16,836 bases of DNA from an archaeon (lineage in GTDB: Archaea; Iainarchaeota; Iainarchaeia; Iainarchaeales; Iainarchaeaceae), in the NCBI GenBank assembly GCA_038046625.1, contig JBBSVV010000041.1, positions 21,424 through 38,259 on the forward strand, read 5' to 3'. Position 1 is the stretch's first letter. Each line of letters opens with the position of its first letter. Below, piece after piece: positions 1 to 6,861 of this stretch. Both the position numbers and the translations under genes were made by a program. Below the pieces are notes generated by a model, which searched no databases, had not been told where the DNA came from, and saw nothing but the letters and a program-made list of their open reading frames with translations.

Positions 1-90
1 AACTTCAAGGGGAAAAAGCCGCTCTTAGGCACTGAAACGGAGCAGGGCGATTTAGAAGAAGAGCCGCAGAAAGCCAAAAGGAGGAAGTAG
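1..90 (+). CDS. 3' end of a hypothetical protein (partial, enters from left edge)
   Basis: Frame 1 is open from base 1 to TAG at 88-90 (NFKGKKPLLGTETEQGDLEEEPQKAKRRK*), which resembles a charged C-terminal tail. Confidence 0.5.
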   Translation, partial: NFKGKKPLLGTETEQGDLEEEPQKAKRRK

Positions 91-128
91 CGCGCTGGAT
101 TAAATGCTGCTTTATCGTTTTTTTATTT

Positions 129-473
129 ATGAAAAAACCTTCAAAGAAAGATCCAATCTTTGAATTTGAGAAATATTTTCGGGATTTGGAAACACGGCTC
201 AAGATTAAAGGCGACAAAACAATGCGCAGAGTTCACTTTGGCCGTTTCAGGGTTTTCTGCAAACTAATAATTGAGGGGTTTAATCGGGCATCAGCTGCAG
301 AAAAGCAAGCTTTGGCAGAGAACTTATTTGCCGAAGCCCGAAAACTTGAAATCCCACTCCCCGAGTTTCCTAGACAAGTACAGGCAAACATCAAATCTGC
401 AGCACGGGAAATACGGACACGCAGGGCTCTCGACAAAAAAGCCAACCCGAGGAATAGAAAAAAACTACTTTGA
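129..473 (+). CDS. Basic hypothetical protein (114 aa)
   Basis: ATG follows an AT-rich tract. K/R-rich ORF with no recognisable motif. Its 3' end overlaps the convergent gene by 9 nt. Confidence 0.55.
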   Translation: MKKPSKKDPIFEFEKYFRDLETRLKIKGDKTMRRVHFGRFRVFCKLIIEGFNRASAAEKQALAENLFAEARKLEIPLPEFPRQVQANIKSAAREIRTRRALDKKANPRNRKKLL

Positions 474-698
474 AATCTCGGCAAAGTGGAACAAATTTTT
501 TGCCTGCCAGTATAATGCGAGCGCCGCAACCCCTGAAACCCAGCCGCTGAAGTAGAACGAGAACGCGATCGAATCCCTTCCCGCGAGATGATTGGTGACG
601 CCCTGCATCATACTCCACATGAACAATGACGCGAGAACAACCCCCACAACAAAAAAGAAAACCGCTTTCACAAACATTTCAATTACTTGCTTGTCCAT
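465..698 (-). CDS. Small membrane protein (77 aa, two predicted TM helices)
   Basis: Two hydrophobic segments (AVFFFVVGVVLASLFMW; IAFSFYFSGWVSGVAALALYW). A TATA-like element lies about 23 nt upstream. Confidence 0.7.
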   Translation of the reverse strand: MDKQVIEMFVKAVFFFVVGVVLASLFMWSMMQGVTNHLAGRDSIAFSFYFSGWVSGVAALALYWQAKNLFHFAEISK

Positions 699-720
699 GC
701 CAAAAAAATGGGCGAACCCC

Positions 721-736
721 TATATAAGCTTTATAT
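721..736. promoter_or_regulatory. Back-to-back TATA boxes for divergent genes
   Basis: TATATAAGCTTTATAT lies about 23-25 nt from both the 698(-) and 761(+) start codons, the spacing expected for archaeal leaderless or short-leader transcripts. Confidence 0.5.
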
Positions 737-760
737 CAACTTCACAGGGAAAGTCATTTC

Positions 761-1423
761 ATGAAGGCAGTTCTCTTCGACCTCGACAATACGCTGATTG
801 ACTTCATGCAGATGAAAAAAATAAGCGTCGAAGCCGCAATTTCCGCGATGATTGATGCAGGCCTGAAAATGAAAAAAGAGGCTGCATACAAAAAGCTGTT
901 CGCGCTGTATGGCATTCACGGCATCGAGCACCAGCAGATTTTCCAGAAGTTCCTCAAAAAAGTTTCTGGAAAAATAGACTACCGGATACTTTCCAACGGA
1001 GTTGCCGCATACAGGCACATGCAGTCCGGTTACCTAACCCCTTATCCGCGCGTACGGAGCACCCTGCTTGCGCTCCGCGAAAAAGGCCTGAAACTGGGGA
1101 TTGTGAGTGATGCCCCAAGAATGAAGGCCTGGCTGCGCCTCGCGGAAATGAACCTCACGGATTTTTTTGACGTGGTCATTACGCTTGACGACACCGGCAA
1201 AAGGAAGCCGAGTTCATTGCCGTTCAAAAGCGCACTCAAAAAGCTCGGCTTCAGGGCCGAGGAAATATTATTTGTCGGCGACAACCCGGCGCGCGACATA
1301 GCCGGCGCGAAAAAACTCGGAATGAGGACCGCGCTCGCAAAATACGGCCAGATTTTCCCGAATAAAGGGGTTAAGGCAGATTTTGTCCTGAAGGACTTTT
1401 CGGATCTCAAAAAAATAGTTTAA
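761..1423 (+). CDS. HAD-superfamily hydrolase, subfamily IA (archaeal TIGR02253-like)
   Basis: Motif I FDLDNTL, motif II IVSD, motif III KP, motif IV VGDNPARDIAGAK. Confidence 0.9.
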   Translation: MKAVLFDLDNTLIDFMQMKKISVEAAISAMIDAGLKMKKEAAYKKLFALYGIHGIEHQQIFQKFLKKVSGKIDYRILSNGVAAYRHMQSGYLTPYPRVRSTLLALREKGLKLGIVSDAPRMKAWLRLAEMNLTDFFDVVITLDDTGKRKPSSLPFKSALKKLGFRAEEILFVGDNPARDIAGAKKLGMRTALAKYGQIFPNKGVKADFVLKDFSDLKKIV

Positions 1424-1496
1424 ACATATCTTTGTACCGGGAACCGAATTTTTTCTTCGCCGATATGTTTTTATACTTTCGAAATGTTGAGTTTCT

Positions 1497-1817
1497 ATGG
1501 CAATTGAAATATTTTTTTTCGGCATACTACTCATTGCGCTTATTTTGAATTTGGCCTTGTTTCTTGCAACAATTGCTGAAATTCTCCAAGCGAAAAATGA
1601 CGGCACTTGGAAAATACTTTGGGCTTTGGTATGCTTTGTCCTCGGGATTTTTGGGATAATCCTTTACCTTCTTATCGGCAGAAAGGACTTGCAGGGAAAT
1701 AAAATCGGTTTCATTAAATGGCTACTAATTGGTAGTTTGCTATTTATTGCCCTTTTAATGGTTTTTTTTGTTCTTACTTTTGTCATAAGTTCGGGAACTG
1801 CTGTAAGGACTTACTAA
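1497..1817 (+). CDS. Membrane protein with PLDc_N-like N-terminal domain
   Basis: K-I-L-W...LGIFGIILYLLIGRK resembles the phospholipase-D N-terminal signature (KxxW...GxxxYxxxGR). Three hydrophobic helices. Confidence 0.65.
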   Translation: MAIEIFFFGILLIALILNLALFLATIAEILQAKNDGTWKILWALVCFVLGIFGIILYLLIGRKDLQGNKIGFIKWLLIGSLLFIALLMVFFVLTFVISSGTAVRTY

Positions 1818-1923
1818 AAGCTTTTTAGTCATTCAGCGGATTTTATTCCCATCCGGCAACAAAGCAGGGGCAACATTCCCGCCTTGGCTTTGGTTTTAAT
1901 TCATTTGCCTTCAACTTCTTTGT

Positions 1924-2673
1924 ATGGAAACACGCGAACTGAACGCAAAGCTCGTAAAGGCAATCAAAACTTTTTTTGCGGAGCAGGGCAAAACAAAAGT
2001 TGTTTTAGGCCTGAGCGGCGGCATCGACTCCGCGCTTGTGCTCTCGCTGCTCTGCGAGGCAATAGGGAGGGAAAACGTTTCCGCTTTGCTGATGCCAAAT
2101 TCAGAAATAACTAAATACTCGAGCACAAAAGACGCGGAGGATTTCGCGAAAAAACTCGGCGTAAAGTATCTTGTTGTCCCGGTTGATCCGGTAATCTTGG
2201 CCTTTTCCGGCTCGATTCTGTGGAACCAAAGCGAAATAGCAAAGGCAAACCTCAATGCGCGCATACGCGCGGTTTTGCTTTACAATTACGCAAACTCCTT
2301 TGACGCGCTTGTTGCCGGCACCGGAAACAAGTCCGAGTTTTACCTGGGCTACTTCACGAAATACGGGGACGCTGCTGCGGACTTCTTCCCGATAGGAAGC
2401 CTGCTGAAAACACAGGTCCGGGCTCTCGCGGCATACGGGAAGCTCCCAAAAGGGTTTTTGGAAAAGGTGCCCAGCGCGGAGCTCTGGAAAGGGCAGGAAG
2501 ACGAAAAGGAACTAGGCCTTGCTTATGAAGAAATTGACGCTCTGCTTCCTTTGCTTCTGGGTGAAAAACAGGGAAAAATTCCCGCAGGGAAATTTGCGCA
2601 GGCGGAAAAAATCAGGGCTTTAATGAATGCGAGTGCGCACAAAAGAGCCGCGGCAAAAATAATAACTCTTTAG
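1924..2673 (+). CDS. nadE: NH3-dependent NAD+ synthetase
   Basis: LGLSGGIDS PP-loop, NLNARIR, GTGNKSE, GYFTKYGD, PSAEL..GQEDE. No glutaminase domain. Confidence 0.95.
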   Translation: METRELNAKLVKAIKTFFAEQGKTKVVLGLSGGIDSALVLSLLCEAIGRENVSALLMPNSEITKYSSTKDAEDFAKKLGVKYLVVPVDPVILAFSGSILWNQSEIAKANLNARIRAVLLYNYANSFDALVAGTGNKSEFYLGYFTKYGDAAADFFPIGSLLKTQVRALAAYGKLPKGFLEKVPSAELWKGQEDEKELGLAYEEIDALLPLLLGEKQGKIPAGKFAQAEKIRALMNASAHKRAAAKIITL

Positions 2674-2721
2674 AAAAGCCAAAGCTGTTTTCATGCCCCG
2701 TGTGCTCCCGCAAAGTGCGCT

Positions 2722-3045
2722 TCAGGCCTTCAGGTTGAAGTTTTTCCTCAGCGTCTCCTCCTTGATTCTCTTGTGCGAAATGAAAATGATTACGAGAATG
2801 AACCACGTCATGAACAGGGTCGCGAGGCCCCAGACTCCGCCGATGAACCAGATGACCCATGAAGTGAAAATCGTCACTGAAATGAGCGAGTAGCCGAAAG
2901 CCATGTAGAGGTACCACATTGTCTTTGCGACAACAACCATATCCACGAAAGGCTTGACAACGAGGATTGCGCGCACAGTGAGAAGCATAATGATTGTGAG
3001 CATGAACCAGTTCGCGAGAAGCATCACCAATTCGACAAAAGCCAT
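2722..3045 (-). CDS. Multi-pass membrane protein (107 aa; start re-called at MAFVEL)
   Basis: Strongly hydrophobic with a basic C-tail. The 45-codon upstream extension in the ORF track runs through low-complexity, intergenic-looking DNA. Confidence 0.6.
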   Translation of the reverse strand: MAFVELVMLLANWFMLTIIMLLTVRAILVVKPFVDMVVVAKTMWYLYMAFGYSLISVTIFTSWVIWFIGGVWGLATLFMTWFILVIIFISHKRIKEETLRKNFNLKA

Positions 3046-3192
3046 GAAAACCGAAATTAAGACACAAACCAAACATAAAAAACTATCTTTCGCAACAGCA
3101 CAACACAAAAACACCCAACAAACAACCAATACTGCTACATAACTTATTTGTGTGCGGGAAATAAAATACCTTAATCCCATAAAACTACTCGC

Positions 3193-3426
3193 ATGCCCCC
3201 AAAAATTTTTCCACTGGTTTTTTGCTCCCTCATTGTCCTGGCATTGATTTTTTCCGGCTGCCTCGCAAAGCCGACTAACACTATTCAGGTTTGTGAGGAT
3301 GCAAACTCAAGCGCCTTGCGCGACCAGTGCTATTTCGACCACGCGTTGCAGGACAACAAGCTTGGGAACTGCACGCAGATAATTGACCCGGATTTGAGGA
3401 ATTCCTGCATCAATTCTTTCCCTTAG
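3193..3426 (+). CDS. Small Cys-containing lipoprotein (77 aa)
   Basis: Signal peptide with lipobox-like IFSGC. The mature part contains C...RDQCY...A...C..I.D...RNSC. Confidence 0.72.
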   Translation: MPPKIFPLVFCSLIVLALIFSGCLAKPTNTIQVCEDANSSALRDQCYFDHALQDNKLGNCTQIIDPDLRNSCINSFP

Positions 3427-3511
3427 GGCGCATGGCCTTTTGGCCCATTGCCTTTGATTTTTTTTGGGGGTGCCCATCATTAATATATTTTTGAAGCGCC
3501 TTTTACTGTGC

Positions 3512-4018
3512 ATGCGATTTTCACTGCTATTGCCGATTGCATTTGCGCTCCTGCTGGTTTGCACTATCGCAACCGCGGCCGAGCCATTAAACCGCGTTTA
3601 CATTAAAAGCCATGCCGTTTCTCCCGCACAGATAACCGCGGGTGAATCAACACGCCTCAATTTGAGCATTGCGTGGCAGGATCTCGGGGTTCCATTCCAA
3701 GACATAACTTATGATATAACCTTGGTTAGAATCGGCTCCCCGGAAAGCCCGCAAATCCAAATACACGGAACAATCACGCCTGCAAATTCTTCAGGGGCGC
3801 AGGAATCCACGAATGAAATAATAACTACAACCTATTTTCCCCCAGGAGAGTACAGGCTGGCAACGCTCGTCTATTACGGCAATGACCCAAAGCCGGTTGA
3901 CTTGGCTTCCCGAATAATTTTTATCGGCAAGCAGTCAACGCCAATTCCGGATTTGAACGGAGCAGCGATAGTGCTGGCAGCGCTTGCCGCATTCTTTATA
4001 CTGAGAAGAAACAACTGA
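3512..4018 (+). CDS. Secreted beta-rich protein with C-terminal PEF-CTERM-like anchor
   Basis: ATG at 3512 gives signal peptide MRFSLLLPIAFALLLVCTIATA. C-terminus IPDL-NGAAIVLAALAAFFIL-RRNN has the form motif + TM helix + basic cluster. Confidence 0.72.
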   Translation: MRFSLLLPIAFALLLVCTIATAAEPLNRVYIKSHAVSPAQITAGESTRLNLSIAWQDLGVPFQDITYDITLVRIGSPESPQIQIHGTITPANSSGAQESTNEIITTTYFPPGEYRLATLVYYGNDPKPVDLASRIIFIGKQSTPIPDLNGAAIVLAALAAFFILRRNN

Positions 4019-4121
4019 AATGCCGCTGAAAAGCAGAAAAATTGTGATTTTGGGTCGTTGGCAAGAAACAGCCTGAAGCGAATAATTCCTGAAAATTTCC
4101 CAGGGTTCTTCCTTTTGCACT

Positions 4122-4484
4122 TCAGCTTGAGCTGAACCGCAGGGTTTTGCCGCTGAGTTCCTCTTCGCTCGCGCCAGAAAGCATTATGCCTACCATCATC
4201 CCTTTCTTGGCGCTTGAACCGTACTTGGACTCAATTTCAACAACCCGGAGCTGCCTGTCCTCAAGGAAAGCCTTCATGCCCTCCCCCAAAAGGCCCTCGG
4301 TTACTTCCGCAACAATGTAAACGTTCTCCTGGCCGTAGAATCTGCAGGCCTTTTTCACAAGCGCCCTGCCTTCCCCGCCCCGCGCTATTTTCTCCTCTAT
4401 CCTGCCCGCCGGCGTTGAAATCGCGATATGCGGCGAAACGTTATACCTTTTTTCTCCTCCGAATGTAAGGGAAACTAAGCTCAT
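4122..4484 (-). CDS. Hypothetical protein, possibly a stand-alone EF-Tu domain II-like beta-barrel
   Basis: GGAGG RBS 8 nt upstream of ATG. The segment IVAEVTEGLLGEGM...VVEIE...AKKGMMVGIMLSG resembles translation factor domain II. Confidence 0.6.
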   Translation of the reverse strand: MSLVSLTFGGEKRYNVSPHIAISTPAGRIEEKIARGGEGRALVKKACRFYGQENVYIVAEVTEGLLGEGMKAFLEDRQLRVVEIESKYGSSAKKGMMVGIMLSGASEEELSGKTLRFSSS

Positions 4485-4604
4485 GGTGGTTGCCTCCGAT
4501 TTTTTTGTGAAAAAAAATTGCAGTTTACTTTAATGCAAAGTAATTAATACAAACAGCGCAAATAGAATCTGAACTGCTTCACCCACAATACTTGGCTTTT
4601 CTTA

Positions 4605-4937
4605 CTATATATACTTTTTGGATTTTTTCCACAACTTAACTATTTTCGTTTCCCGCTTCTTCATGAACCTGCGCCTAATTTCGAAATTGTAGTTATCGCG
4701 CAAATGCTTCGCAATCAAATTAAAGGTTTGGGCATTTATCCCTAACCGCGTCAGATCAGCCCTAATTACCGGTTTTCCCTGGCCAGCCTGGTCCCTGATA
4801 TACCTCTCTGCAGCCAATATAGGTGAACGAGTTTTTGCTGATATGCTGTTTAGTGTACCCCGAGGAATAGCTTTTGGCTTGCCTGCACCCAGCCGCACAA
4901 GAGCCCTATTTTTCACGCCAGTTGCAGGATGTGGCAC
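4605..4937 (-). CDS. Basic hypothetical protein (probable GTG start MPHPATG; alternative start 4961)
   Basis: Open frame directly downstream of the HPF-like gene. K/R-rich, with a possible HTH-like segment. The start is uncertain. Confidence 0.5.
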   Translation of the reverse strand: MPHPATGVKNRALVRLGAGKPKAIPRGTLNSISAKTRSPILAAERYIRDQAGQGKPVIRADLTRLGINAQTFNLIAKHLRDNYNFEIRRRFMKKRETKIVKLWKKSKKYI

Positions 4938-4957
4938 ATTCACTCTTTTTAAGAAAA

Positions 4958-5269
4958 TCACTTCTTTTTCCCGAGCGCCTTCTTCGCTTCCTTGTCAAGG
5001 GCATCAAGCGCTTCCTTCAGCGCCTTTTCCGCGTCCCACTCCATGAACGAAGAATGCAGGCCCACTCCCTGTGCAACGGCTTTGGCGTGAACCTCAATCT
5101 GTTCGCGTTTGCCCTGTCCGTGGGTCCCCTTGAAGTGAATCTCCAGGGCAAGCCCCTCAGGCAGGATTGCCGCGAGCCTGTCATAACGCTTCTCAATCAA
5201 ATTCATCAATGCCAGCTTTTCAATGCCGCCCTTTTCAGGCATATTCGAAACCCTGATGTTCCTCTCCAC
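4958..5269 (-). CDS. HPF/RaiA-like ribosome-associated protein (103 aa, GTG start)
   Basis: GAGGTGG RBS precedes GTG at 5269. The pattern LEIHFK...IEVHAKA...LHSSFMEWDAEKALKEALDALDKEAKK fits the HPF/RaiA fold and size. Confidence 0.62.
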   Translation of the reverse strand: MERNIRVSNMPEKGGIEKLALMNLIEKRYDRLAAILPEGLALEIHFKGTHGQGKREQIEVHAKAVAQGVGLHSSFMEWDAEKALKEALDALDKEAKKALGKKK

Positions 5270-5390
5270 ACAACCACCTCGCTCCGTTAAAGTAATCGGC
5301 TTTCCGGATTTAAACTGCTTGCTGTTCGTTACCACAGACCAGTGACTGTGCGCTAAAATAGTTTTAGGAAAAAAGAAAGAGTTTTCCCGC

Positions 5391-5627
5391 TTAATCCTTG
5401 ATTTTTTTAATGCTGATTACCGCGGCGGGACAGACCTCGACAGCCTGGTTTGCAAGCTCGTCAGAATCAATCTCCAGTTCAAAAATTCCGGGGCTGACTT
5501 CCCTGCCGCCAATGAGTTCGGCCTTGCCGTTATCAGGGTTAATCCTGAAATGCTCCGAATCAACCGCAGCGCAGGGGCCTGCAGCAACGCAATTGTTCTT
5601 ATCATAAATAATCTTGAACCGAGCCAA
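5391..5627 (-). CDS. Single-cluster ferredoxin, probably [3Fe-4S]
   Basis: C13-V-A-A-G-P-C19 and C66-P. TTG start with GGTGA RBS and an upstream TATA (minus-strand ATATAAAT near 5665-5672). Confidence 0.88.
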   Translation of the reverse strand: MARFKIIYDKNNCVAAGPCAAVDSEHFRINPDNGKAELIGGREVSPGIFELEIDSDELANQAVEVCPAAVISIKKIKD

Positions 5628-5687
5628 GCAAAAATCACCGGATAGATATTACGCCGTGTGGCAAATTTATATGTTTTGCAGTGTTAA

Positions 5688-5856
5688 CAACCCAAATCAC
5701 CTGTGCGGTGATTTCCGTTGACGGAAAGTGTGGGCAACCCAATCCCCTAACGGGGATTCAGTTGACGGAAGGGCGGGCAACCCAATCCCCTAACGGGGAT
5801 TCAGTTGACGGAAGGGCGGGCAACCCAATCCCCTGCTGGGGGGTTTCCGTTGACGG
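5688..5856. repeat. Tandem array of four 43-47-bp palindromic units
   Basis: Units start at 5688, 5735, 5778 and 5821. Units 2 and 3 are identical (CAACCCAATCCCCTAACGGGGATTCAGTTGACGGAAGGGCGGG). Each unit folds as CAAC-NN-stem-loop-stem-NN-GTTG. The fourth is truncated at the hxlR stop codon. Confidence 0.92.
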
Positions 5857-6207
5857 CTAATTGACGCCCATGAGAGGATGTCGTGTGCGCTTTTCCTCAA
5901 TTGGCAGTGAGGCCTCGCCCCACTTCTCCAGCTCCGCAATGGCCTTCCTCAACGCGCTTCCTTTAGGCAAAGCCATGTATTCAATCTTCGGCTTTGGGCC
6001 AAGCACGAGGTTCTTCTGAATCAGCTTCATTGCCTCGAGCTCCTTCAGGCGCATTGAAAGAACCCTCGGAGTAAGCCCCGGAATGCTCTTCTGCAGCGCA
6101 TTGAAACCCCTTCCGGTCTGCGAGTTCACGAGTTCGCGCAATATTGAAAGATTGTACTTTTTTGCAGCGAAATTCTGGGTTTTTGAGAAGCTTTTGGGCT
6201 CTTTCAA
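5857..6207 (-). CDS. HxlR/DUF24-family winged-helix transcriptional regulator
   Basis: KYNLSILREL...GFNALQKSIPGLTPRVLSMRLKELE..KLI.K...PKIEY...KG..L...I.ELEKWG. TTG start with GGTGAG RBS. Confidence 0.87.
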   Translation of the reverse strand: MKEPKSFSKTQNFAAKKYNLSILRELVNSQTGRGFNALQKSIPGLTPRVLSMRLKELEAMKLIQKNLVLGPKPKIEYMALPKGSALRKAIAELEKWGEASLPIEEKRTRHPLMGVN

Positions 6208-6217
6208 AGAGGCTCAC

Positions 6218-6279
6218 CAACTATAAAAAACATAGTTGATATACTTTGTATACTTACTACTATTTAAATATCAACGATG
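6218..6279. promoter_or_regulatory. Divergent promoter region with overlapping inverted repeats (candidate operator)
   Basis: Perfect CAACTAT-N7-ATAGTTG (6218-6238). CATAGTTGATAT (6231-6242) and ATATCAACGATG (6268-6279) are complementary at 11 of 12 positions and flank the TATA-like TATTTAAAT. Confidence 0.55.
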
Positions 6280-6341
6280 CAATGGTACTACAAGAAATCT
6301 TTGGCTTCAAAGGTTTCACCTCTTGGTGGGGGTTAGAAAAA

Positions 6342-6473
6342 ATGGATTGGCTTGAATTTGTCGGTGAAAATAAGCAGGTTAGAGTTCCCAGGATTAAGGC
6401 CTCAAGCCTGGGTTTCGCTTACCGCAGGGCAAAAAGCCAATCCAAAACCCTTCTCGCAATGGCGAACCAATGA
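6342..6473 (+). CDS. Microprotein A (43 aa), paralogue of 9691-9852
   Basis: MDWLEFVGENKQVRVPRIKASSLGFAYRRAKSQSKTLLAMANQ. GGTGGGGG RBS-like tract upstream. Protein-level similarity to microprotein B. Confidence 0.68.
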   Translation: MDWLEFVGENKQVRVPRIKASSLGFAYRRAKSQSKTLLAMANQ

Positions 6474-6536
6474 GTCCGAGTTCGCCCTTGCCAATCTTCG
6501 CATTCTCTTAAATAACTTTTAGCGCAATAATTCCTT

Positions 6537-6797
6537 ATGCTGGAAATTCCATTCATTCAGCCGATTCTCGTTCTTTTGCTCGCGGTTCTGCTGATTTATT
6601 TTGCCCTCAAGCTTGGCAAACAACTGGTTCTGCTGCTCATCAACAGCTTCATCGGCCTCGTAATCCTCGTTATCCTGAATTTCCTGCCTTTCGCGAGCGT
6701 GGAAATCAATGTCTGGAGCATACTCATAACCGCGCTCGGCGGAATCCCGGGAATAATCCTTTTGATAATCCTGAGCCAGCTCGGAATAGCGTTCTAA
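6537..6797 (+). CDS. BofA-family (pro-sigmaK processing inhibitor-like) membrane protein
   Basis: LLINSFIGLVILVILN...INVWSILITALGGIPGIILLIIL matches the BofA-family N..G...N...IN......G.PG signature. 86 aa. Confidence 0.8.
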   Translation: MLEIPFIQPILVLLLAVLLIYFALKLGKQLVLLLINSFIGLVILVILNFLPFASVEINVWSILITALGGIPGIILLIILSQLGIAF

Positions 6798-6861
6798 CAA
6801 CAGCACACCGGCAATCAGCCCCTTCCAAAGTGAGTTAATCCAACGCGCTTTCCAATATATT

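Noticed and set aside
3046..3180. A/C-rich, G-poor stretch read as an N-terminal extension or a repeat
   Set aside because: No discrete repeat unit. It is more simply a divergent promoter spacer, although a longer N-terminus cannot be excluded.
5688..5856. CRISPR array interpretation of the 43-bp repeats
   Set aside because: There are no unique spacers (units 2 and 3 are identical end to end) and no cas genes in the window.
5688..5856. Replication origin (ORB boxes)
   Set aside because: TTCAGTTGACGGAAGGGCGGG only loosely resembles ORB plus G-string. There is no adjacent orc1/cdc6 and no long AT-rich unwinding element, and the stem covariation points to hairpins.
5778..5859. Amber read-through (pyrrolysine-like) of the hxlR TAG into the downstream hairpin
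   Set aside because: The HxlR domain is already complete, the 43-bp period breaks frame, and no pyl genes are visible.
6300..6490. SRP RNA or RNase P RNA as the explanation of the long hairpin
   Set aside because: It lacks the SRP helix-8 GNRA/AGCA motif and the RNase P GAGGAAAGUCC motif. Synonymous-codon conservation with ORF B favours coding.
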